From positions 895 to 64,894 of the forward strand of contig DASTDD010000214.1 of NCBI GenBank assembly GCA_035710545.1: 64,000 bases of DNA. Direction: 5' to 3'. Below the pieces are notes generated by a model. That model was not told the origin of the DNA. It ran no database searches and was given only the letters and a program-made list of their open reading frames with translations. How positions within the stretch are numbered: position 1 is the stretch's first letter; every line of letters begins with the position of its first letter. Positions 53,941 through 61,578 of the stretch are shown in pieces. The position numbers were made by a program, and so were the translations under genes. The DNA is from Steroidobacteraceae bacterium. GTDB taxonomy: Bacteria > Pseudomonadota > Gammaproteobacteria > Steroidobacterales > Steroidobacteraceae.

Positions 53941-55299
53941 ATGCCCTATGCCGTAATGGGACTGCGCCTGAAGCAGCAGCTCACCCTCACACCGAGGCTG
54001 CAGCAATCCGTCAAGCTGTTACAGCTCTCGGCTCTGGAGTGTGTGCAAGAACTGCACCAGGCCATCGCCCAGAACCCTTTTCTCGAGGAAGTGGCCGAGA
54101 ACTCGGATACGCGCTCGCAGGCCGAGGAACCCGCTGAATCCTCGCACGATGACCTGGATTTCTCCGGCGGCATCTCCGGCGGCGGCGGCGGCGATGACAC
54201 CCCGGACTGGACCGAATGGACGGCCTCTCCCTCCACCCTGCATGACTCGCTTCATGAGCAACTGCTGCTGTTGGGCTTGACCGAGCGCGACTACGCGCTC
54301 GCGAATCTCGTCGTCGATGCCCTGGACGAGGACGGTTTTCTCAGGCAGCCCCTGGAGGAGATTCAGCGATTCGCGCCGGGCATCGCCCCCGGCGAGATCG
54401 AGACGGCCCTGCGCATCGTGCAGACACTCGAGCCGAGCGGCATCGCGGCGCGGAGTCTCGGGGAATGCCTGGCCTTGCAACTCTATGCACTCGAGCGCAC
54501 GACCCCGGGACGCGAGCTGGCCCTGGAGATCGTGCAAAACCGGCTGCCGCTCATGGCGGCGCGCGACAACACGCGGCTACTGGAGGCGCTCGGCTGCTCG
54601 GAAGAGGCGCTCCGGGAGGCGATCGAGCTGATCCGCAGCCTGGATCCGCGGCCAGGCTCCAAGGTGGGCAGTTTCGAGCCGCGGGCGATCGTGCCCGATG
54701 TGATCGTGCGCAAGGAAAAGAAGCGCTGGGCCGTCAGCATCAACTCGGCCATCTACCCGCGCATCCGCGTCAATCAACAGTATGCCGATTACTTCCGCCA
54801 GGCGCGGGATGGCGAGACGGCGCTGCTCGCGCAGCATCTGCAGGAGGCTCGCTGGCTGGTCCGCAACCTCGAGCAGCGCTTCCTCACGATCCAGCGGGTC
54901 GCGGAGGCGGTGGTGACGCGGCAGCGTAATTTCTTCGACTACGGCGACCTGGCAATGCGTCCGTTGACGCTGCGAGAGATCGCCGACGAGCTGGGGCTGC
55001 ATGAGTCGACCGTATCGCGTGCGACGAGCCACAAGTACATGGCGACTCCACGCGGCGTGGTCGCCTTCAAGCGCTTCTTCTCACGCCAGCTGGCGACGAC
55101 CAGCGGCGGCTCCTGCTCCGCCACGGCCATTCGCGCGCTGCTGCGCGAATTCATCGCCGCCGAGGATCGCCGCAATCCGTTGTCCGATGTGCAGCTCACC
55201 GAGTTGCTGGCCGACCGCGGGGTGAAGGTAGCGCGGCGGACCGTCACGAAATACCGCCGCTCGATGCAGCTGCCAGCCGTGGATTTTCGGCGGGCGTGA
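53941..55299 (+). CDS. rpoN: RNA polymerase sigma-54 factor
   Basis: Region I LRLKQQLTLTPRLQQSVKLLQLSALE, an acidic region II, and region III with the RpoN box ARRTVTKYR. 452 aa. Not in the usual lptB-rpoN-hpf-ptsN context. Confidence 0.9.
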   Translation: MPYAVMGLRLKQQLTLTPRLQQSVKLLQLSALECVQELHQAIAQNPFLEEVAENSDTRSQAEEPAESSHDDLDFSGGISGGGGGDDTPDWTEWTASPSTLHDSLHEQLLLLGLTERDYALANLVVDALDEDGFLRQPLEEIQRFAPGIAPGEIETALRIVQTLEPSGIAARSLGECLALQLYALERTTPGRELALEIVQNRLPLMAARDNTRLLEALGCSEEALREAIELIRSLDPRPGSKVGSFEPRAIVPDVIVRKEKKRWAVSINSAIYPRIRVNQQYADYFRQARDGETALLAQHLQEARWLVRNLEQRFLTIQRVAEAVVTRQRNFFDYGDLAMRPLTLREIADELGLHESTVSRATSHKYMATPRGVVAFKRFFSRQLATTSGGSCSATAIRALLREFIAAEDRRNPLSDVQLTELLADRGVKVARRTVTKYRRSMQLPAVDFRRA

Positions 55300-55332
55300 G
55301 GGGCTTCCGAGCTCACGCGTGGGGGAAGCCCC
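55300..55332. terminator. Hairpin between convergent rpoN and the OmpA-family gene
   Basis: GGGGCTTCC (55300-08) / GGAAGCCCC (55324-32) with a 15-nt loop containing CACGCGTG. No U-tract. Confidence 0.3.
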
Positions 55333-55364
55333 CGCCCTTCATTGCGCAGGCGCCAAGGTGACCC

Positions 55365-56246
55365 TCATCTACGTGAGGACTCTGTGGCGCCCTGCGCAAA
55401 CCGGCCTGATGCATCACTGAAGACGATCTCGACGCGGCGGTTCTGCTGACGTCCCGCGGCGCTATCGTTCGAGGCCACCGGATACGCCTTGCCCAGGCCG
55501 CGCGTCCGATACTGATCCTCCGGCACGCCGCGCGACTCGAGCTCCGTGGCGACCGCCTCGGCACGCCGCTGGGACAGTGCCTGGTTGTAGTCATCGGAGC
55601 CACGGCTGTCGGTGTGGCCCTCGATGATGACCCGCGTCTGGGGATTCGCCTTCAGATACGTGGCCAGACGATCGAGACTGAGACTGGCGCCGGGCTTCAG
55701 GCTCGCCTGTCCAGTGTCGAACAGCACATCGCCAAGTGTCACGACCACTCCACGGTCAGTCTGCTTGGCCTTGAGATCCGCAAGCTGCTGCTGGGCGTTC
55801 GCGAGTTGAGTCTGGGCGGCCAGCGCCTGGCTCTTCGCGCTCTGTGCCTCGGCCTGGGCGTTCGCCGCCTGTAATTGCGCGTTCTGGGTCTGGCGTTCGC
55901 GGCTGGCCAGCAGGATCTTGTTACGATCCCCCTGCGCACGAGCGACTTCCTGATGCGCTTGCGCCTCGGTCACACGCGCTTCGCCGGCTTCCGCATGGCG
56001 ACGTGCAAGATACGCGAGATGATCCACGATCGCCGGCGGCTGCCGCTGCTGGAGTGCACCTTCTGCCTGCTGCAGCGAGGCGCGTGCCGCCTGCAGATCG
56101 TCGCTGGCGGCCTGCTGCGCCAGGGGCTCCTGGGATAGCGTGTCGATTGCAGCCCGTGCCTGCTCGATCTGCTCGTTGCGTTGGGGTGCCGTGGCGCACG
56201 CGCCCAGCACGATGGCGACGGCCCCGATTACTGTGACTGTCTTCAT
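55365..56246 (-). CDS. OmpA-family lipoprotein with an N-terminal DUF4398-like coiled region
   Basis: Lipobox MKTVTVIGAVAIVLGAC. Ala/Gln-rich helical region. C-terminal OmpA_C (FDTGQASLKP...IEGHTDSRGSDDYNQALSQRRAEAV...NRRVEI). Confidence 0.85.
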   Translation of the reverse strand: MKTVTVIGAVAIVLGACATAPQRNEQIEQARAAIDTLSQEPLAQQAASDDLQAARASLQQAEGALQQRQPPAIVDHLAYLARRHAEAGEARVTEAQAHQEVARAQGDRNKILLASRERQTQNAQLQAANAQAEAQSAKSQALAAQTQLANAQQQLADLKAKQTDRGVVVTLGDVLFDTGQASLKPGASLSLDRLATYLKANPQTRVIIEGHTDSRGSDDYNQALSQRRAEAVATELESRGVPEDQYRTRGLGKAYPVASNDSAAGRQQNRRVEIVFSDASGRFAQGATESSRR

Positions 56247-56263
56247 GGCGTTCTCCTTGGCCT

Positions 56264-56818
56264 TTAGTTCGGACCCTGATCAGGGCTCGAGGCGCCACTC
56301 GATTGGGGGGCTCGTGGCGGCGGACTTGGCGGCGAGGTTGTATCCGGAGGCGGTGCGGCCGGCGGCGAAGATGTCTCGGGCAGCTGCCCAGCTGGCGCAG
56401 TCGCCGGCGGTGCCTCGCTCGATTGCGGCGTCCCTGGCGCGCCCTGCATGGCGCCCTGTCCGTTACGCTCCGATTCCTCCCGCAAAGTCTCGTTGCTCTG
56501 GGTGACCTCGCGGGCGGCGTGCTGCGCCTCTCCGGCGGAAGCTCGTGCGGAGGCTACGTCGGCGTCCGCCTCGGCGGATTCGGCGTCGCGGCGCGCGTCT
56601 GCATATCTCCTGTCGCTGTTCGCCTTTTCCGCATTGCTGAGCTCATCGTGAGCGCGCTGCAGATCGGCGGCGGCGTATCGCTGCGCGTTGGTCTTGTCCG
56701 CCTGCTGCACAACGGCGCGCGCGCGTGTCAGCTCCTGTGTTGGTTGTGGCTCCGTGGCGCAGGCCGCGGCAAGGACCCCCGCGATGCTGGCCGGAATCAA
56801 CGCTGCTCGAAATGTCAT
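56264..56818 (-). CDS. DUF4398-like lipoprotein with a Pro-rich tail
   Basis: ATG at 56818 after GGGGGAG. Lipobox AGVLAAAC. Has QELTRARAVVQQADKTNAQRYAAADLQRAHDEL. 17 nt upstream of the OmpA-family gene. Confidence 0.65.
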   Translation of the reverse strand: MTFRAALIPASIAGVLAAACATEPQPTQELTRARAVVQQADKTNAQRYAAADLQRAHDELSNAEKANSDRRYADARRDAESAEADADVASARASAGEAQHAAREVTQSNETLREESERNGQGAMQGAPGTPQSSEAPPATAPAGQLPETSSPPAAPPPDTTSPPSPPPRAPQSSGASSPDQGPN

Positions 56819-56880
56819 GAAATTCTCCCCCGGCTTCTGGCCGACTGCGGGGTTCATGATCTCGCGCGCGGCGTGGGCGG

Positions 56881-56905
56881 AATGTCAGCGCGGCGAGTGC
56901 GTTCC
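56881..56905 (-). promoter_or_regulatory. ECF-type promoter-like element GGAAC-N16-CATT upstream of the DUF4398/OmpA pair
   Basis: One mismatch to the EcfG-type consensus GGAAC-N16-17-CGTT. About 60 nt upstream of the ATG at 56818. Confidence 0.3.
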
Positions 56906-56974
56906 GGCGTGTGCGGCGTATTGGACCGTAGGAGTTCTCTGACTAGAGTCCGACGCAGGGAGCCGCGACCTCTA

Positions 56975-57325
56975 TCAATGGGTCCGCTGCTGCTTGAGCC
57001 CCGCCGCCAGGTTGCGGGGCGCGTCGGCCAATCTGGCATCGACCGATGATCGAGTTGGGTCGCTAGACCGCGGAGCGCGGCCCATCGTGCGGGCGGCGCC
57101 GATGATGCTGCAAAATCTGTCCGCTGGCGTACGCAATGCTGTCTTCGCGCCGCGGGAGCCGCGCGCCAGGGCCATGGCGTGGGCCAGGGCACTTGGCTTG
57201 TCCGTGAAGGTTGCCACAGGCTCCGGAGAGGAATTCCGCAACACATCCCACCGGTGGGCGCTCGTTGCGCAGATCCTATAGATTGGGGTGCTCTCGGTCT
57301 GATTCGGCTGCTTCATCGCGATCAT
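56975..57325 (-). CDS. Hypothetical protein (about 116 aa; the N-terminal half is faintly DUF2188-like)
   Basis: The MIAMKQPNQTESTPIYRICATSAHRWDVLRNSSPEPVATFTDKPSALAHAMALARG portion looks protein-like, but the rest is low-complexity. The start is uncertain. Confidence 0.3.
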   Translation of the reverse strand: MIAMKQPNQTESTPIYRICATSAHRWDVLRNSSPEPVATFTDKPSALAHAMALARGSRGAKTALRTPADRFCSIIGAARTMGRAPRSSDPTRSSVDARLADAPRNLAAGLKQQRTH

Positions 57326-57700
57326 CCACTCGCCGTCTGTCTCGTCCGGCGTCCGGTCACGTTCTTGTGCGCCGGATCCGTGCACTGCACGGGCCTCGGT
57401 TTTCCTTCCACCCAAGGAGGTTCGAGCAAGAAGCACTCCTGCGCGGACGGCGCAGCCGCTGCCGGGGCGGTGGCCAGCTGGCCCGCGGCGCCATTCTGCG
57501 ATGCCGGCCCGCCAGCGCGCGGCCCCGCCGCAAGACTCGTAGGACAGTTCTTACAGCAGCTCGGGAGGATTGACGCCTCCTTCCGGAGACCCTTTCCGAC
57601 TTTGGCGCAGCCCACGACCCGGTACCTTGGCCCTCAAGCGGGGATGCCTTGCTTGGCGAAGTGCGCCGTACTTTCGGCAGCTCAGCAGAGAGGGTAACAA

Positions 57701-58327
57701 ATGGTGACTGATGACATGGTGGCCCTCGTGCCCCAACTCCACACTTTTGCTCGCTCGTTGACGCGCGACGGCGTCCGTGCCGAGGATCTCGTTCAGGAAG
57801 CGCTCATGCGCGCGTTCAACAACATCGACCGCTTCAGGCCCGGCACCAATCTGAAAGCCTGGCTGTTCACGATCGTGCGCAACGAGCACTACTCCCAGCT
57901 GCGCCGGCGCAAGTTCGAGGCCCATGGTGTGGATACGGATCTGCTGCCGGAGCCGAGCGTGCCACCCGATCACGATGGCAAGCTCGAGCTGCGCGACCTG
58001 AACCGTGCCCTGGCCTCCCTTTCGCCCGGCCAGCGGACCGCACTCATTCTGGTCAGCGCCAGCGGCTTTTCGTATGAAGAGGCCGCAGAGATTTGTGGCT
58101 GCGCGGTCGGTACGATCAAGAGCAGGGTCGCGCGCGCTCGCGAGACCCTCATGCAGATGCTCGAGGGCCACGTGCCGATTCCGCGGACCCTCAACGATGA
58201 GGACGATCTGCCCTGCGTGCCGCATGCAGCACGGCACCCGGAGCCGCGCGTGAGCCACCGGCCATCAGTGCGCCGGAACCTGTCCGGGTTCAGTCTTCCT
58301 CTGCCGGCAGCGGCACCGGCTGCGTAG
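57701..58327 (+). CDS. ECF sigma factor (sigma-70 family), EcfG-like region 2
   Basis: LVPQLHTFARSLTRDGVRAEDLVQEALMRAFNNIDRFRPGTNLKAWLFTIVRNEHYS (region 2) and region 4 SYEEAAEICGCAVGTIKSRVARAR. An alternative ATG is at 57716. Confidence 0.85.
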   Translation: MVTDDMVALVPQLHTFARSLTRDGVRAEDLVQEALMRAFNNIDRFRPGTNLKAWLFTIVRNEHYSQLRRRKFEAHGVDTDLLPEPSVPPDHDGKLELRDLNRALASLSPGQRTALILVSASGFSYEEAAEICGCAVGTIKSRVARARETLMQMLEGHVPIPRTLNDEDDLPCVPHAARHPEPRVSHRPSVRRNLSGFSLPLPAAAPAA

Positions 58328-58340
58328 AGTCCTTCCAGTG

Positions 58341-58366
58341 GTGCCGGCAGCCAGCGCTGCCGGCAC
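58341..58366. terminator. Perfect 10-bp stem-loop between the convergent ECF sigma gene and ppc
   Basis: GTGCCGGCAG (58341-50) / CTGCCGGCAC (58357-66) with a 6-nt loop. No U-tract. Confidence 0.4.
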
Positions 58367-58379
58367 TCACCGCCCGCGC

Positions 58380-61109
58380 TCAGCCGGTGCTGTGCAATCC
58401 CTGTGCAATTCCGCTGATGCTCGCCAGCACCGCCTCGAAGAGGTCTCGGTCCTTGCGCTCGCCAGCGCGCCATCTCTGCAGCAGGTCGACCTGCATGAGG
58501 TTCATCGGATCCACATAGGGATTGCGCAAGCGGATCGATCTCTGCAAGGTCGGCTCCGAGTCGAGCAGCTCGTGGACGTCCTTGATTGCCAGCACCTGCT
58601 CGCGTGCGAGCACGTACTCCCTCTGGATGTCGGGGAAGAAGCGCCGCAGGGACTGTGGACACAGCACTTCGTAGGCTCGCGCAATCTCGAGGTCCGCTCG
58701 CGCCAGCATCGTTTCGATGTCATCGACCACGTTGCGCAGGAAGAACCACCTCGCGTAGCCCTCGCGCAATCGAGCCAGACCATGCCGATCGACCGCGGCT
58801 TTCAATCCGGCTCCCGCGCCGTACCACCCCGGCAGCATGTGACGCGTCTGCGTCCACGCAAACACCCAGGGCATGGGAAGCAGCCCGTCGAGCCCCGGCG
58901 ACCCCGGCCGGTGGATGGGCCGTGATCCGATCTGCATCCGCTCGATCACGTCGATGGGTGTCACGCTTCGGAAATACTCGTAGAAATCCCTCTCCCCGTG
59001 GACCAGTCGCCGGTACTCATCCCGGCTGGCCGTGGCAATCGTGTGGGCACACTCGACATCGTCGGGTGAATCTCCGGGCAGGGTGCCGTGCTCCGCGGCG
59101 GAAGTACTCAGCCCCAGCGCGTTGAACGCGCGCTCCAGGGTTCGCATCGCTATCGGGCGAAGGCCGTAGCTGTGCTGCACGGCTTCGCCCTGTTCGGTTA
59201 GTCGCAGGACTCCGTTCACGGCGCCGGCAGGGGCGGCCTTTACCAGTGCGTCGATGCGACCCCCGCCGCGGGCGATGCTGCCGCCGCGTGCATGGAAAAT
59301 TACGTGTCGCTCATCCGCGGCTGCCAGCGCTTGTGACAGTGCCCGCTGAGCCTGATGCGCCGCAAATCGCGAGGCGCACAGGCCGCCTTCCTTGTTCCCG
59401 TCGGAATACCCGATCAGCACGCATTGCGTGCGGTTATGGGCCTCCAGGTGACGGCGGTACAGAGGCTCGGCCAGCAGCTCCTGCATCGTCGCGCCGCATC
59501 GCTCGAGCGCCCCCAAAGACTCGAATTGCGGTGCGATATCCAGCGCCACTTCGCCGGTCCGCTTGTCGTAGGCCTCCGCCCAGCGAGCGAGCAGCAGAGC
59601 GGCCAGGACGTCGTCTGCGCCGGATGCGCCACTCACGACGAAGTAACCGACCGCCGCCGGCCCGTATCGATGCCGCCCCTGCATGACTGCTTCGAAGACA
59701 GCGAGATTGCGCTTGCCCAGCGCATCAAGCTCCACGGTGGGACCGCTGTCTCGGGCCAGTGCATCGGCCAATAGCCTGAATCTCTCAGGGCCGGATCGCT
59801 CCATCCAGCGCGGATCATCGAAGCCTCGTGCGATCACCTGGTGCAGGACTGAAGCGTGTTGGCGGACGTCCAGCGTCGCCAGGTGGAACCCGAAGGTATC
59901 GATGCGCCGAAGCAGGCGCCGCACGTAGAAGAGCCCCGCATTGCCACCCCTGTTGGCCACGAGACTGCTGGCGATGAGCATGATGTCCGCACGGAACTGC
60001 CGCAGCGACTGATAGCCGTTGGGTCGCCCGTCGTACGTGTGGCGCAGCCGCTCGCCAATCTGGGCCAGAAATACCCGATAGGGCATGCGGTCGTGCCGCG
60101 CGGGCGTGATGGCGCGAGCGCCCGGCAGCAATACCGAGTATTCGTCGATCCGCTTGGACAGCTCGGGCGCGACATTCGTGCGGCTGGCGCTTTGCGGAAG
60201 TCGCTGAGCCAGCGTCTGACACTCCTTGAAGTACGCGTTGATGATGACGTGCTGCTGCCGGGCGAGAGTCTCCCGGATGGTCTTGGCATGCACGTCGGGG
60301 TTGCCGTCCATGTCCCCGCCGACCCAGGAGCCGAACTGCAGCAGGCCGGGCAGTTGCAGGGCATCACCCGCCATGCCGTAGACCTTCTCGAGTGCCTGCT
60401 CGATCTCTTCGTAGAACGCCGGCACGACGCGGTACAGGATGTCGATGAGATAAAACAGCACGTGCTCCCGCTCGTCCGCTACTGTGAGCTGCTCGCGCGG
60501 GTGGTCCTCAGTTTGCCAGCCGGCCGTCAGCTCGATTCGAATGCCGCTCCAAAGCCGCCGTGCTTCGTTGGGAGTCAGCGTCGGGTCCAGCCGATCGAAG
60601 AGATGCTGCGCGATACGCTGATACTTGCGCAGGATCGTCTGTCGCGTGGACTCCGTGGGGTGCGCGGTGAAAACCGGCTCGATGCGCAGCGATGCGAGTA
60701 AAGCAAGCACCTCTGACAGCTGCAGTCCCCGCTCTTTCAGAACGGCAATCGCGTCCTCCACTCCGCCGGGCTGTGGCCGCTGGCTGTCCTTGAGGAAGTA
60801 CTGGCGCCGCCGGCGGATACGATGCACTTTCTCCGCCAGATTCACGGCCTGGAACCAGGTCGAGAAGGCGCGGACCAGGTCGCGCGCCAGCGCAGGCGGG
60901 CGTCCGCGCATCCTTCCGGCAAGATCCTGGGCGGCCTTCTCGTCTCCGTCGCGCCGCGCGATCGCGGCCAGGCGGTCGTGCTCGACCAACTCGAACAGCT
61001 CGGCCCCGCCCTGCTCGTGCAGAATGTCGCCGACCAGTGCGCCGAGCGCATGCACATCCTCGCGCAACGCCTCGTGCTTGGGCGGGAAATGGATGTCGCT
61101 GCGGCTCAT
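58380..61109 (-). CDS. ppc: Phosphoenolpyruvate carboxylase
   Basis: VFTAHPTE, GYSDGNKEGG, FHARGGSIARGGG and the C-terminal QGLHSTG motifs. Start at MSRSDIHF (cat at 61107-09). Confidence 0.95.
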   Translation of the reverse strand: MSRSDIHFPPKHEALREDVHALGALVGDILHEQGGAELFELVEHDRLAAIARRDGDEKAAQDLAGRMRGRPPALARDLVRAFSTWFQAVNLAEKVHRIRRRRQYFLKDSQRPQPGGVEDAIAVLKERGLQLSEVLALLASLRIEPVFTAHPTESTRQTILRKYQRIAQHLFDRLDPTLTPNEARRLWSGIRIELTAGWQTEDHPREQLTVADEREHVLFYLIDILYRVVPAFYEEIEQALEKVYGMAGDALQLPGLLQFGSWVGGDMDGNPDVHAKTIRETLARQQHVIINAYFKECQTLAQRLPQSASRTNVAPELSKRIDEYSVLLPGARAITPARHDRMPYRVFLAQIGERLRHTYDGRPNGYQSLRQFRADIMLIASSLVANRGGNAGLFYVRRLLRRIDTFGFHLATLDVRQHASVLHQVIARGFDDPRWMERSGPERFRLLADALARDSGPTVELDALGKRNLAVFEAVMQGRHRYGPAAVGYFVVSGASGADDVLAALLLARWAEAYDKRTGEVALDIAPQFESLGALERCGATMQELLAEPLYRRHLEAHNRTQCVLIGYSDGNKEGGLCASRFAAHQAQRALSQALAAADERHVIFHARGGSIARGGGRIDALVKAAPAGAVNGVLRLTEQGEAVQHSYGLRPIAMRTLERAFNALGLSTSAAEHGTLPGDSPDDVECAHTIATASRDEYRRLVHGERDFYEYFRSVTPIDVIERMQIGSRPIHRPGSPGLDGLLPMPWVFAWTQTRHMLPGWYGAGAGLKAAVDRHGLARLREGYARWFFLRNVVDDIETMLARADLEIARAYEVLCPQSLRRFFPDIQREYVLAREQVLAIKDVHELLDSEPTLQRSIRLRNPYVDPMNLMQVDLLQRWRAGERKDRDLFEAVLASISGIAQGLHSTG

Positions 61110-61132
61110 GCGCCGCGCGCCAGGCAAGCTCA

Positions 61133-61516
61133 TCAGGGATCCCACATGTGGGCGCCGGATGCAAAGTCGGCGCGCTGCGGTCGTACGACGCAGAATCGCT
61201 GCCCCGTCGGAGCTTCCATTACCCACCAGGTACGAACCTGCGCGACGCGCTTGGCGCCCAGGCCCTCGAGGCGTCGGACCTCGGCCTCGATATCGTCCGC
61301 TTCGATATCGAGATGCACCCGGCTGGGGTGCTCGACCCGCTGCACTTCGATGTGCAGGCTGTCAGGGCCGGTCTCGAACAGCCGGTAGCCCGTGTCCTCG
61401 GCGCTCGTGGAGGACTTCAAGGGATAGCCGAGCGCCTGGCTCCAGAACCGCGCAGCCTGGTCGAGATCATCCGTGCGACAGTCGATGATGAATCCGGCGA
61501 GTCGGCTCCTGTGCAT
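61133..61516 (-). CDS. VOC (glyoxalase-like) family protein
   Basis: LAGFIIDCRTDDLDQAARFWSQALGY...VHLDIEADDIEAEVRRLEGLGAKRV...WWVMEAPTGQRFCVV. Confidence 0.7.
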   Translation of the reverse strand: MHRSRLAGFIIDCRTDDLDQAARFWSQALGYPLKSSTSAEDTGYRLFETGPDSLHIEVQRVEHPSRVHLDIEADDIEAEVRRLEGLGAKRVAQVRTWWVMEAPTGQRFCVVRPQRADFASGAHMWDP

Positions 61517-61578
61517 GCGAATACCCTCTGAGGAATCTGCCACGAGCGATCGGCACCATCTTAACCGAAGGGTGCCCC

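Noticed and set aside
57437-57711. NepR-like anti-sigma ORF immediately upstream of the EcfG-like sigma gene
   Set aside because: I translated all three frames. One frame contains DPVP...LL, which is reminiscent of the NepR EPVP motif, and ends 5 nt before the alternative sigma start. However, it has no start codon upstream of the motif. The other frames are junk-like.
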